From: Acidobacteriaceae bacterium
Lineage (GTDB): Bacteria; Acidobacteriota; Terriglobia; Terriglobales; Acidobacteriaceae
DNA length: 64,000 nt
Direction: 5' to 3'
NCBI GenBank assembly: GCA_003159975.1
Contig: PLPU01000446.1
Location: 7,570 to 71,569, forward strand
Below the pieces are notes generated by a model. That model made no database searches. It was not told where the DNA came from and saw only the letters and a list, made by a program, of their open reading frames with translations. Position 1 is the stretch's first letter, and each line of letters starts with the position of its first letter. This document shows positions 10,201-19,986 of the stretch, one piece after another. The translations under genes and the position numbers were made by a program.

Positions 10201-11432
10201 CTGCCTGCCACGCCGAAGTTAGGATTGAGGCTCAAGATCGTCGGCGAGTTGCCCGAGACGCCCAGGTTGAGAGAGCCCGGAGCCCACACCACGATTGCCC
10301 ATTCGCCCGGATACGGCCCCGAGCCATTGGGAGTCCAATCATCATAAGAGGGGATCCAGAGGTATCCTCGCGGATCGATGGCAATGGCATTGTTGCTTCC
10401 CACGGGAGCGAGAAGGGAAATGTGATTGAAGTTCAGGCAGGAGGGGCTTGTCACCTTGCTTGGACTCCCGCATTCGTTGGGAATCATCCAGACCCCGTTG
10501 AAGGTCTCGTCATAGGTAGGGTTGTTCTCGGAGGCGAGATAGAGATTGCCGGCCGCATCCAGCGTCACGCCGCCGTACACGATCGTATTGGTGGGCGCAT
10601 CGATGCGCTGCAGAGTCGCCTCTACATCCCCATCACCCGTTCCCGTAAGGCCGGTGGTACCGGCGGGGATGAAGAAAATTCCGTTAACGCGCGCCGTGTT
10701 CTTTACGGCGCGATTCTCGGTGAAATAGATGTTTCCGTTCACATCGATCGCCAGCTTTCCCTGGTCGGCTTTCAGGCCGGTGACGATGGCGTTAGCCTTG
10801 ACAGATGTCTGGCTCGCGTTCCCCGTCTTATCCACCGCGAGCGAGTAGATGTTGTTCTGGGTCTCGGCCATCCAGTACAGCGTCCCGCTGCCATCCATCG
10901 CCGGGTTGTCCACCCACTCCACGTCGTCGGAGCCGTAGGAGTAGAGTTGGTCGCCCTGGGCATCAAATATATTGCCGCCCCAACCGTTGCTGGCCGTGGG
11001 TTGCCACGTGTTCTGACTGGCATTGTAGGGAACGCGCCAGAAAAGAGCGTCGGAGACGAACTTGGGTTCATAGCGAATGGTGAAATAGAGGGTGCCTTGG
11101 GCATCTATCGCCATGCCAATGGCGCTGTACCCGGTCCCGAAAATCCCAGGTGTTGCAGCAGTTCCGTCGACAAGGGTTGACCAGGATGTCGCGCCAGGGG
11201 AGAGCTGATACAGGGAGCCATTTCCCGCATCCAGCGCCAAAACGTTCCCCTTATAAAAGGCGATTTTGTAAATCTGGCTCCAGTTTTGGTCGGAGGGTAC
11301 GATAAACACCGAGCCAGTCGTCACTGGCGGAGCCTGAGCTCCAGCGGTTCCGCACACCGACAGTGCCCCCATCATTAAAACAACCCCGGTGCGCGCCAGC
11401 CGGCGAAAGTACGTCTTAGTCTCGATGGCCAT
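7218..11432 (-). CDS. Large secreted NHL-repeat / IPT-TIG / Ig-like surface protein (paralog of 2864-7090)
   Basis: Signal peptide ending AGA-Q. NHL repeats, IPT/TIG domain (PTILSLNP...VTISGANFG...SWSPTSI), Big-like domains and a C-terminal membrane hairpin. ATG 11432 has a GGGAGG RBS. Confidence 0.8.
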   Translation of the reverse strand: MAIETKTYFRRLARTGVVLMMGALSVCGTAGAQAPPVTTGSVFIVPSDQNWSQIYKIAFYKGNVLALDAGNGSLYQLSPGATSWSTLVDGTAATPGIFGTGYSAIGMAIDAQGTLYFTIRYEPKFVSDALFWRVPYNASQNTWQPTASNGWGGNIFDAQGDQLYSYGSDDVEWVDNPAMDGSGTLYWMAETQNNIYSLAVDKTGNASQTSVKANAIVTGLKADQGKLAIDVNGNIYFTENRAVKNTARVNGIFFIPAGTTGLTGTGDGDVEATLQRIDAPTNTIVYGGVTLDAAGNLYLASENNPTYDETFNGVWMIPNECGSPSKVTSPSCLNFNHISLLAPVGSNNAIAIDPRGYLWIPSYDDWTPNGSGPYPGEWAIVVWAPGSLNLGVSGNSPTILSLNPNFGVAGSSVTISGANFGAAQGTSTVLFNNQTSTTTITSWSPTSIVAVVPPDATTGNVVVIVGALQSNGVNFTLGSSGSGTAGPSGTVFVTFNQAVTPGSIQYSQTAGGTDFAAASANPNPPQSGTPAVPCTAATAYTAQSSCQIWVALNARAPGAVSGQVTMLDSSNNMIQGSKVYLSGTGQGAEAAMLDSPMQTAIASGLQSPAQVAADSLGDTYLADSGLKKVLYFPANSSSATGTSIGSGLVAPTGVAVDGSGDVYIADSGNVIEIPAVNGVLNTAGQAVVASGLGKDLNLAVDGVGNVYVADPNNSRVVKIPNPATANLIPNGDEAGINASTTITVGSGFNQPSAIAMDSSGDLFVADGSTLYEVTPESVQTPITTSLAGSVTGLAVDASGSVLVSESGGILRIPSISGTLSVNSAGSLDSTITAPTSVALDQTGNLYVSDMTNSTPNLFELAVTGLVNFGVGLTPTVLTQQDVPLFDIGNEPLTLTGNPTFSGNDAADFSVVASNSGTACDTTGATPVATGSSCTLGIGFTPPTKGAYSGDSMTVPTNAGNVPAGDITAALEGQATANLEPTQTAVSLNPATTTYPGGTTVTVTVTPEPTSTTPPNTNIPSGPVTLTVACTAVGCTQQPITQTGTASGTDAGTTATFNLTGIEGGGYSVTAQYGGNVAQLMQKSTSSAVTFTVAPAAPTITLSEPLGVSPNSFNGIYYVETGQNSITLAVNVSSSLGSPSGTFTFMNGSQAVGTAPLDANGNAVFNTSTLANGSYSITAVFSGDQNFASVTSSAIAFQVIPSSVLITASPTSVSTSAGTPVASTITLQSLAGFSAPNGANIACNNSTLPYYSECTFSVPNPVICAPPGTTAIPCSGITTTVVTISSNIPVNLPPATAANVPANRPGTSPLIPAGFLGLGLFGLALRRRAIFNHKLLNSVSLALLLIGAVMGFGGCTNNSYTQQIKVPVYTTPAGTYKVSILVTDPSSGAQESLPFTIPVTIQAAQ

Positions 11433-11620
11433 GATAACCCTCCCAAACAGTCTCATTCAAATGCCCCCGCGAACGGCATCGCCGCCAGCCCGCAATATTC
11501 AGGGTCACGCCAAAATGGCGGCCCTCTGATCCTTACCGTACAGCGGACAGACTTCCTGCCGCCGATTCACGCGCTCCAGGCGACCGTGCGATCAGCGCCG
11601 GGGCCGCCTGGAGCGATTTC

Positions 11621-14600
11621 TCAAAACGTGAACTTTCCACTCAGTTCCAGGAGGCGCGAACCGTACTTCACGTTCGCGATCCCGAAGTTCTTATGTCCCA
11701 GTTCCGACGTTGTAAGGGGCTGTCCCGCCCCCGCCTCCAGCAAGCCGCCCAGGCTCAGATTGGTACTGTCGTTGTTGTTGAAGGAAACCTCGGGGTGGTT
11801 GAGAAAATTGAAGGCGGCAGCTTTAAACTGGATCTTCTTGTTCTCTCCAACCCCGAATTCCTTAATCAGCGTCAGGTCGTTTTTCAGGAAGGCGGGACCG
11901 TGAATATAAGGAAGCCGATACTGGCCCTGCCCGCTGGGGTTCTTTGAGACCACATAACCCTTCCCCGAGGTGCCGCTGCCCGGCAGCGGGATACCGAAGC
12001 AGGTCGCCTGCATGTACTGATGCGTCGCTTTTCCACCTGCTGGATTGCAGTTCACTGTAGGCATCAACTGGTAATCGGGAGTGCCCATCCAGACCAGCGG
12101 GTTCAAGTTGGTTACGCAATACGTATGCCCGTCGGCGTCCGGTTGGACGCCATAGTTGTTAGCGCAGAATTTGTCGGCGTTGCCCGCCCCATCGATCTGC
12201 TGCTGCATGAAGACGCGGGTCCATTCAATACTGCCGTATCCAAATCCGAAGTTCTCGCCCTGCTCCGAGGGCAGGTCCGGACCGCTCGAAACCTGTGATA
12301 TACCCGAAATCTGCCAGCCGTTCGCGGCCTTGGATAGAATGCGACTTCCGCCGTGGTAGCGTGTTCCCAGATTGACCAGATAGTGGATGTTGAAGACGTG
12401 GGTGCGATCGAACGGGGCCGGGTTGTAGTCGTTCCGCAGATTCAGGGGATCCGCAAGCGTGTTGTTGTAGGATGCGGCCGTCGCAAGATCCTTCGAGAAG
12501 GTGTAGTTCGCTCCCCAGCTCACAAAGCCCGCTGCTTTGTTCCACGACACCTGCAGGCTGTTGTAGTTCGAGTAATAGTCGTGCTTCAGCGCGTAAATGT
12601 GCTGATAGAAGGGGTACGTCCTGAAGAAGTCCTGGCACTGCGTGGTCAAAGAGCTGAGGTCTGCGCAGCCCGTCCCCTTGAGTGCGGTTGGTATATTGCC
12701 GATTTCGAAGCCGGGCGCAAAGAATCCGCCCAGAGGAATCACATTCAGATCCGACGCGCCGTTGTAGCCGCTGGCCTGGGTGTTATAGGTTGGCAGGTTG
12801 ATGGATTTGTTTCCGACATAGGCGACCTCGAGCAGCGACTTCCACATCAGCCTCCGGTCAACGGTTACATTGAACTGATAGTAGATTGGCCGAACATTGT
12901 CAGTCGGAGAGACGGTGTAGACATTGATGTCTGGCGGGTTGATCGGCGACTGATTGTCTACCAGATCGAAGGTCAATTCCCCGATGGACTCGCTCGTCTT
13001 GTAGCCCTGCGCGCTCGCCGCTGCCAGAGCATAGGGCTGAAACTCCTCCTCGTTGCGATACATGCCCCATCCGCCGCGCAGAACGGTGTCGCCCCTCCCG
13101 AAGATGTCCCATGAGGCGCCGACCCGGGGAGTGAAATATACCGTGGGCGGGTTGCTTACCGAGTTCGAGACGGAGCTTTGTTGCCCGTGCCAGACGAGAC
13201 CGGGCAGCGCCAAACTGCTGCAGTTTCGAACCGTACATTCGTTGCTGTAGAGCGTGGGAGAAAAGGTGGCCAGGCCGTTGTTATGACGGTCGAACCACGG
13301 GCCCAGATGCTCCACGCGAGCCCCAAGCATCAGCGTGACCCGGTGCAACTTCCAGGAGTCGTTGAGAAAACCGGCCAATGTCGTGTACTGCATGTCCACG
13401 ATCGGCGAGAAGTTCGTCTGCGTGAAGCTATCTGTGTACCCCATATACATCATGGCCACGCCATTGATGCAGTTGCCGAAATACGCCGCACCCGAGCTGC
13501 GGCTCGTGCCATTCGGATCCGGGTTCTCGCAGTTGAGGTAATTCGCATTTTGACCCACGCTCGAGTTGTACTGGAAGTACCCATTGCCGGGATTGAACGT
13601 GTACTCTCCTTGCGGAAAAGCAGCCGCATAATCGGCGGTTCCATTCAGGATGCCCCGCTCGCCATAAATCCCGAACGAGAAGTTATGCGGTCCCTTCATC
13701 CAGTTCACCGTGTCCGCCAGCGTCGGGACGACCTTTTTCATCCTGATCTGGTTATTGTAGAAACCGCCCGGCATTAACATGTTGGGATAGCCGAGAGAGC
13801 TATAGTCCGAGAGCGCCGGCACCGAATAGTCCCCGTTGTTCTTGTATTCGCCAAGGTAGTTGAAACCCTGGGTGCCGCCACATGTACCCGCCGCCCGCTG
13901 CGTCGGATTCGCGCAGTCATACTGGCCCAACGAGAACCGGCTGACCGCGTTTGGGTTGCCCATATTACCCGGATCGCTGATGAAGGACATGGAGGCGCTG
14001 GCTTCGTTGGTCACGCTGGCGCCAAACGTCCGCATGTAGTGACCGGAGAAAATGTTGGAAAGATCGCCGGCTGTCACTTGCCCGGGATATTCCATGGCAT
14101 AGTTGGGAGCGTATCCCCAGGCGACCGGCTCATCGCTTACCTGCTGCTGGCGGCCCCAGGTTGCATAGAGCTTGTTGGAGTCGTTCAGGTTGTAATCCAT
14201 GCGGATATGAAGCTGATAGCCGTTCTGAGTCTGGATCACCGGCTGGACATAGTTGTAGCCCTGCTCGTTTATAAACGGATCGGCGTTTGGCAGCGGCAGC
14301 CAGTTGACCAGGGCCACGCCGGAAGAATTGGCATATGGACTCACGTTGCCATTGGCGATTGAGTTGCCGTTCGGCAGATAGTTGTTTGTTTCACACATCG
14401 GCAGGACCGCGTTCAGGTTCACGCCGCCGTCCGGACGCGCGCCGCAAAGCTGGGCGTTCAACGACTCCGCACTGAAATCACCGTTGCGCTCGGACATGGT
14501 CGGAACCCAGGAGCCAAGGGTTTCCGCCCAGAAATTCTGGTTGTAATATTCGTAGCCGGCAAAGAAGAACAGCTTCTCGTTGTGCGGGCCGAACCGGGTA

Positions 14601-15547
14601 TGGGGAATCCATACCGGGCCCCCCAGCTGCCCGCCTGGATAAAGATAACGTCCCGGAGGCCGGGTCTGCTGAAGATAGTTGTTGTACCAGTCATTGGCGT
14701 TGAGCAGCGTATCGCGGACATACATGTATGCATTACCGTGGTACGCAACCCCGCCGGCCTTGGTCGTGGCATTCAGTACAGCAGGGCCCTTCGCATACTC
14801 GGCGCTGAAGGTCGATGTCGTTGCCTTGATCTCCTGGATCATGTCGGAGTTCACCGTCTGCACGGTTCCGGCATTTGTATCGATATCCTGGATCGAGACG
14901 CCATCGATGATCGAGGCCAGCCCGGTTGGGCCGGCGCCGTTCGCGGAATAGGATCCGGTGGCGCCGCTCATGCCCACTACGGCTGTGTTCGGCGCCTGGT
15001 TGTTGACGCCCGGGCTGATCATCGCCATTCCCGGCAACATCTCGATCAGTTCCGTTGCGTCGCGGCCCTCAAGAGGCAGCGTCTCCAGATCTTTCGCCGT
15101 GATTACATCGCTGCGCTCGGCCGTATCCAATGGCTTAAGGGCTTGGTTGGCCTCCGCTTCCACTGTGACATCCGCGGCCGCCTGGGCGATGTGCATCTTG
15201 ATATCGGCGAAAGGAATTTGATCGCCGGGCCGCAGCGCAAAGGGCCGCGACTGCCACGTTTCAAAGCCCGGCGCCGTCACCCGAAGCTGGTATCGCAGCC
15301 CCGCCGTGACCGCCGTGAGCGCAAACTCTCCTACACCGTTGCTGACTGTCCTGCGCTCGGATCTGTTGTCGAGATTCGTCACTACCACGGTAGCGTTCGG
15401 AATCACAGCGCCAGTTTGGTCCTGCACTACGCCGGTCACGGTGCCTGTGGTGTCCTGCGCCAAAGCGGGCGATTGCCATAACAGCAGCACCGCGACGATA
15501 AGCCCCAAAAATGCGGATGCCGGCCTGAACCCAGGTAAAAACGTCAT
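11621..15547 (-). CDS. TonB-dependent receptor with N-terminal carboxypeptidase-regulatory-like domain (Oar-like)
   Basis: Signal peptide, GTVTGVVQDQTGAVIPNATV domain, plug motif LPLEGRD..EL, FSAEYAKG, and C-terminal barrel signal ELSGKFTF. ATG 15547 has an AGGGGG RBS. Confidence 0.9.
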   Translation of the reverse strand: MTFLPGFRPASAFLGLIVAVLLLWQSPALAQDTTGTVTGVVQDQTGAVIPNATVVVTNLDNRSERRTVSNGVGEFALTAVTAGLRYQLRVTAPGFETWQSRPFALRPGDQIPFADIKMHIAQAAADVTVEAEANQALKPLDTAERSDVITAKDLETLPLEGRDATELIEMLPGMAMISPGVNNQAPNTAVVGMSGATGSYSANGAGPTGLASIIDGVSIQDIDTNAGTVQTVNSDMIQEIKATTSTFSAEYAKGPAVLNATTKAGGVAYHGNAYMYVRDTLLNANDWYNNYLQQTRPPGRYLYPGGQLGGPVWIPHTRFGPHNEKLFFFAGYEYYNQNFWAETLGSWVPTMSERNGDFSAESLNAQLCGARPDGGVNLNAVLPMCETNNYLPNGNSIANGNVSPYANSSGVALVNWLPLPNADPFINEQGYNYVQPVIQTQNGYQLHIRMDYNLNDSNKLYATWGRQQQVSDEPVAWGYAPNYAMEYPGQVTAGDLSNIFSGHYMRTFGASVTNEASASMSFISDPGNMGNPNAVSRFSLGQYDCANPTQRAAGTCGGTQGFNYLGEYKNNGDYSVPALSDYSSLGYPNMLMPGGFYNNQIRMKKVVPTLADTVNWMKGPHNFSFGIYGERGILNGTADYAAAFPQGEYTFNPGNGYFQYNSSVGQNANYLNCENPDPNGTSRSSGAAYFGNCINGVAMMYMGYTDSFTQTNFSPIVDMQYTTLAGFLNDSWKLHRVTLMLGARVEHLGPWFDRHNNGLATFSPTLYSNECTVRNCSSLALPGLVWHGQQSSVSNSVSNPPTVYFTPRVGASWDIFGRGDTVLRGGWGMYRNEEEFQPYALAAASAQGYKTSESIGELTFDLVDNQSPINPPDINVYTVSPTDNVRPIYYQFNVTVDRRLMWKSLLEVAYVGNKSINLPTYNTQASGYNGASDLNVIPLGGFFAPGFEIGNIPTALKGTGCADLSSLTTQCQDFFRTYPFYQHIYALKHDYYSNYNSLQVSWNKAAGFVSWGANYTFSKDLATAASYNNTLADPLNLRNDYNPAPFDRTHVFNIHYLVNLGTRYHGGSRILSKAANGWQISGISQVSSGPDLPSEQGENFGFGYGSIEWTRVFMQQQIDGAGNADKFCANNYGVQPDADGHTYCVTNLNPLVWMGTPDYQLMPTVNCNPAGGKATHQYMQATCFGIPLPGSGTSGKGYVVSKNPSGQGQYRLPYIHGPAFLKNDLTLIKEFGVGENKKIQFKAAAFNFLNHPEVSFNNNDSTNLSLGGLLEAGAGQPLTTSELGHKNFGIANVKYGSRLLELSGKFTF

Positions 15548-15674
15548 GTAATACCCCCTTGGCTGCACAATTCTTTGCGAGATCGGGAGTTCGTGTGGCG
15601 CTAAACGGTTCGCCCCAGCGAAATTCGTGCGCGCCACATAATTCCGACCTACGCTCACTTTGTGAATCGGATAT

Positions 15675-15704
15675 ACGCTACTCGACATGATTCAACATTG
15701 TCAA
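15675..15704 (-). promoter_or_regulatory. Putative sigma70 promoter of the TonB receptor/NHL genes
   Basis: Minus strand TTGACA-N18-TAGCGT about 130 nt upstream of the start. Motif match only. Confidence 0.35.
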
Positions 15705-16086
15705 GAACTGCATAAAGCGATTTAATCAACCTTTGGTAACGCTACCTTGCGGGAAGTTCCTGCGATCTTCGTGTCGCACGCGGCGAAGCGGCAGGAATCA
15801 GGCTCCGCTTCCGATAAGTGGGGTAACTGGAGTCACTTGCGCTGGGACGGAAGGGAATTGCGGGATGCGCGCGCTGCCGCCGCGCGCGAATACGACAACC
15901 GCTTCTCGGGAATTCAATTCATGATCGCATTCGAGTCATGCACAGGGTTTAGAGACAAGCTCCGGCCGAGCATTCCAACAGTCTGAATTCCATGGTTCCG
16001 CGGAGTCTGAAACGACTGTGAATCAGGCCGCGAGATCTCAGAAACCCGCTGCCTGATTGCGCGCAACTGCGGAAGCCGGCCGCCGG

Positions 16087-19000
16087 CTACTGCGGGATCA
16101 CGAAGAGGGTGATCGACTGCGCAGGGAACGTGTAGTTGGCGATCGTGCCGGTCGAGCTTCCCCCAGCCGGCGGTGTTACGGTTACTGCCGGTTGCGCGGC
16201 AATCGCATTCAGATTGGCGTTGCTGTAAAGATAGGCTTGCGCCGTGGTTGCGCTGGCCGACAAGCCGGTGAGCGAGAGCGTGCTGGTGAGTGCCCCGTAA
16301 GTTTTGTTGATGACCACCACAGTCACCGTGCCGGTGGCGGCGCCGGCGGTGTGAATCGCCCCATAGACCGCGAGTTGCCCCTCGGCATCGGCATTGGACG
16401 AATTGGTGCTTGCGGAGGGAAGTACCGTGTCGCCAAACGTGGATTTGTTCCCGTCGTAGTTGCGATAAATAGCGAAGGCCATCATACCCGGGATCTGCTC
16501 CGACGGATCGGTTGTGGGCCACATGGTGCCCAGGTCGAGACCCTGGCGGCCAAAGATGCCCAGAATGTCGGCCTCCGTCAGTGCACCGTTGATGGCCTCC
16601 ATTCCGCCGAAGTTATATTCGTCGATGGCTGTTTTGGTGCCGGGATAATCTTTCGTAACCCAGGTCTTCATCATCGGAATCAGTTGCGGCGCCTGCTGTG
16701 GAGGTGAGCAGCTTGTGGTGTGGTTGGGGTCAGTGATGTAGTTCGGCTGCGGGTAATTATCACTGGGATCGGTATAGGTCGGATCCCAGAAGGCACGCGT
16801 TGCATTGAGCCGCGCCTGCTGCGCGCCGGTGTCTCCAGCCGGGGCCAGACCGAGGCCGGCGCCGTTGACAAAGGGATAATTGGGTGCGAAATACGTGTGC
16901 AGATCCACGTAATCAAGAAGGCGTATACCGTACGTAGCCTGCGCTGCCGCAAATTGCTGCAGATAGTACTCGATGAGCGGAACTCCGCCGTGCGCTTTGC
17001 GATCGACCGGATTGCTCCAAGGCTCATAGCAAGAGCCTGAGCTCCATCCGGACTCGATATCTTTCTTGGAATAGAAGTAGGCCCACCAGTAGTCGATCAC
17101 CGGTCCGCTCACCTGCGCGGTTGGATCGACGGTCTTGATGGCCAGGGCAGTGCCGATCCCGCCGTTGGTGACCTCGTCATATGTAAAGGGAAGCGGATGA
17201 ACGTCGCGATCTTCCGCGTCCCACCAGGTAGGCTCGTTGTCCAGATCGTAGATCGCCACGCCGGTGCTTGCTCCGGAAGCGGGATTCCCTGGGCCGAACT
17301 TGTTGACCAGGTAGTTTACCCAGCCGCCGGTCCATGTGGCGTCTGCCCATGCGGTGGTTACCGCGGAGGCGGCGGGTGGTGTTGGAGGAGGCTCGGAGAT
17401 GCTGGTGAGAGCGGCTATCGTGCTGTTGCCATAGATGTCGCACCCACCGGAGTCGGTACAGCCCGCGGTTCCGTCGGGGTATTCGCCGACACCGCAATTG
17501 CCGTTGTAGCTTACCTGGCCTGGGTATGTCGACTTCAGGAAGCTGCATGAGGTGCTGTCCTTTGCCACATAGCCCAGCACAGGCACTGTGCCCAGAGTCT
17601 TGATCCCGTCGCTGTTGTTGGTCTCGACAAGGTAGTCGAATGCTTTTGTTCCGCTTACTGCGGGCCAACCATCCCCGCCATTGCCGGTAGAGTTTTCAAA
17701 GTACCAGTCGGCGATGGAACTGGTCACATCCACCTGATAGTTGTAGCGCTCGGTGGAATCGCCTCCCCAGCGATCGATGGTGATGTTGGCTTTTGCGACC
17801 GCTGCGGTATCAGCCGAAGTGGCATCGAGAAGATACGCGTCCATGCCGTAGATTTCGGGGCTGATGGGATTGCCGGGGCTGGCCACATTTACGGTCAGCG
17901 CCGGCCCGGTGGCCGTGGCCGGGGAATTGAGAGTTACGGTTGTGCTGCCGCTGATGTTCGTGAATCCGGTCTCGGTGCTGGTGGCCTTAACGGTAACGGT
18001 TGCCGGAGCCGGATAGGGCGTTGTATATAAGCCGCTGGAACTCAGCGTGCCTGGGCTCAGGCTTCCGCACGAAGGGCACGTGAGTGCCCAACTCACTGCG
18101 CTGCTGAAATTGCCGGTGCCGTTTACCGTGGCCACCATTTGGACCGTGTCTCCAATCGTCGCGGTATTGGGCGTAACCGTGATCGATGAGATGTTCGGCT
18201 CGCTGTACATGGCCGTAACGGTCGTATTGGCGTTCATCGTCACGTCGCAGGTGACGGTGCTGCTGCTGGCGCATCCATTCCACACAACAAAGCTATAACC
18301 GTCCGATGGGCTGACCGCGGTGAGCGTAACGGAGGTTCCCGACTTGTAGGTGCGCGTGAGCGGGGTCGTGCCGGAGCCGTTCCCATTCACATCCGAGGGG
18401 GACGCCTGGATTTCTACGCCGCTTGCGGGACTAGCCGAGTCAATGGTGAGAGAGTAAGTTGCCGGCGCCGCATAGTTGGCTGTCACGGTCATATTGCCGT
18501 TCAACGTTACTTTGCAGGTGACGGTGCTTGACGAGGTGCAACCGGTCCACGACAAAAACGCGTTGCCGCTTGAATTTGCCGGCGCCGTCAATACCAGTTG
18601 CGTGCCGGCCGCCGCGGTTTGCGTAAAGCTCGTGGTCCCCACGAAGGGATCGATGGGGGGAGGGTAGTCGACCTGGATCTGGACCCCGCTGGCAGGGTTG
18701 ATCGAATTCACAGTGAGCACATACACCGGAGTAACAGTTACCGGACTCGTTCCCGAAGTACTGTTATAGGTCGGTGAACTTGCCGCATCTGGCGTGTAGG
18801 TGACGGTGAGCGTGTCGGTCCCCGTTGCCAGCGAGCCGGCGGCGACACTGATTGTCGCCGTGCCGCCGATCAGCGTGGCTGTCGCCGATGTATAGCTGCC
18901 GCTGCTCAGTGTAACCGCGCCGGTAGGCGTCGGGTTGCCGCTTCCGCCACTGACAGCAACGGTCACCGAGAGCGCTTGCGCCGGCGTGATGCTCGCCGGA

Positions 19001-19701
19001 GACGGCGTGACCGTTACCGTCGGAGTACTCTTTGCTACCGTGACCGAAGCAGTTCCCGAAGCGCCGGTGTAAATGGAGGAGCTCGTTGCATCCGGCGTAT
19101 AGGTCACGGTCAGCGTATCGGTGCCGACCGGCAGTGTTCCGGCGGCAACAATAAAGGTTGCTCCGCCCCCGCTCAGCGTTGCCGCGGCGGAGGTGTAACT
19201 CCCGCTGGTCAAAGTTACCGTGCCGGTGGGTGTTGGATTGCCGCTTCCTCCGTTGACGGCCACCGTCACCGTCAGTGCCTGCGCGGTTGTAATGCTTGAG
19301 GAAGACAATGTAGCTGTCACCGTCGGTGTGACGATCACGGCATAGTTGGCCGTGACCGTTGTGTTGGCATTCAAAGTTACTGTACAGGTGACGGTGCTGG
19401 CGGACGTGCATCCGGTCCATGAACTGAATGGATTGCTGCCAGCCGTGTTAGGAGCGGTGAGCGTGACCGAGGCGCCGGAGTCATATGTGCGGGCGAAACT
19501 TGTCGTTCCAGATGTTGCGCCGTTGTTGTCCTGCGGAGTTACACCGATGGATACGCCGGTAGCCGGGTTGGCCGAATCCACAGTGACCACATAGGTCGTT
19601 GGAGGCGGAGGCGGTGGCGAGCCGCTGCCCCCGCAGGCGGTCAAGAAAAGGCTTATCCCGATGGCTGCGAAGGCCGCTGCTTTCCATTGCAAATTCCTCA
19701 T
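16087..19701 (-). CDS. Lipoprotein glycoside hydrolase family 44 (endoglucanase/xyloglucanase) with N-terminal Ig-like repeat stalk
   Basis: Lipobox LTAC-GG. GH44 motifs ISPEIYG, RWGG...RYNY, YDLDNEP.WW, RDVHP, LLDYVDLH and AIDEYNFGG. Repeated Ig-like modules N-terminal to the catalytic domain. Confidence 0.85.
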   Translation of the reverse strand: MRNLQWKAAAFAAIGISLFLTACGGSGSPPPPPPTTYVVTVDSANPATGVSIGVTPQDNNGATSGTTSFARTYDSGASVTLTAPNTAGSNPFSSWTGCTSASTVTCTVTLNANTTVTANYAVIVTPTVTATLSSSSITTAQALTVTVAVNGGSGNPTPTGTVTLTSGSYTSAAATLSGGGATFIVAAGTLPVGTDTLTVTYTPDATSSSIYTGASGTASVTVAKSTPTVTVTPSPASITPAQALSVTVAVSGGSGNPTPTGAVTLSSGSYTSATATLIGGTATISVAAGSLATGTDTLTVTYTPDAASSPTYNSTSGTSPVTVTPVYVLTVNSINPASGVQIQVDYPPPIDPFVGTTSFTQTAAAGTQLVLTAPANSSGNAFLSWTGCTSSSTVTCKVTLNGNMTVTANYAAPATYSLTIDSASPASGVEIQASPSDVNGNGSGTTPLTRTYKSGTSVTLTAVSPSDGYSFVVWNGCASSSTVTCDVTMNANTTVTAMYSEPNISSITVTPNTATIGDTVQMVATVNGTGNFSSAVSWALTCPSCGSLSPGTLSSSGLYTTPYPAPATVTVKATSTETGFTNISGSTTVTLNSPATATGPALTVNVASPGNPISPEIYGMDAYLLDATSADTAAVAKANITIDRWGGDSTERYNYQVDVTSSIADWYFENSTGNGGDGWPAVSGTKAFDYLVETNNSDGIKTLGTVPVLGYVAKDSTSCSFLKSTYPGQVSYNGNCGVGEYPDGTAGCTDSGGCDIYGNSTIAALTSISEPPPTPPAASAVTTAWADATWTGGWVNYLVNKFGPGNPASGASTGVAIYDLDNEPTWWDAEDRDVHPLPFTYDEVTNGGIGTALAIKTVDPTAQVSGPVIDYWWAYFYSKKDIESGWSSGSCYEPWSNPVDRKAHGGVPLIEYYLQQFAAAQATYGIRLLDYVDLHTYFAPNYPFVNGAGLGLAPAGDTGAQQARLNATRAFWDPTYTDPSDNYPQPNYITDPNHTTSCSPPQQAPQLIPMMKTWVTKDYPGTKTAIDEYNFGGMEAINGALTEADILGIFGRQGLDLGTMWPTTDPSEQIPGMMAFAIYRNYDGNKSTFGDTVLPSASTNSSNADAEGQLAVYGAIHTAGAATGTVTVVVINKTYGALTSTLSLTGLSASATTAQAYLYSNANLNAIAAQPAVTVTPPAGGSSTGTIANYTFPAQSITLFVIPQ
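18730..19330 (-). repeat. Intragenic tandem duplication of an approximately 100-aa Ig-like domain in the GH44 gene
   Basis: Two near-identical modules TPTVT...AQALxVTVAVxGGSGNPTPTGxVTLxSGSYTSAxATLxGG...GTDTLTVTYTPDA. Boundaries approximate. Confidence 0.75.
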
Positions 19702-19986
19702 CACGATGCTCCTGATTCTCTCGATCGTGGGGCCTCTGCAAGGTTGCCTTTGCAAGTACGGAGATACTCCAGCGGAATCGATTTAATTCGACACAATCCT
19801 ATAACACAGATGAGGATTCCGGCTGTGTCGAAAACGACTGACGACTTTTGCAGGATCAAATCCGAGGCATGCGATGGATTTGCCCGTGAAGCGGGCCGGC
19901 GGGATCGAGCCGGCAAGATCGAGTAAGCCCCATAGCCCGTGCATGCGCAGCCGTGGTATAGTCTTCGAGTTTTGGTGTGAGGCGCG

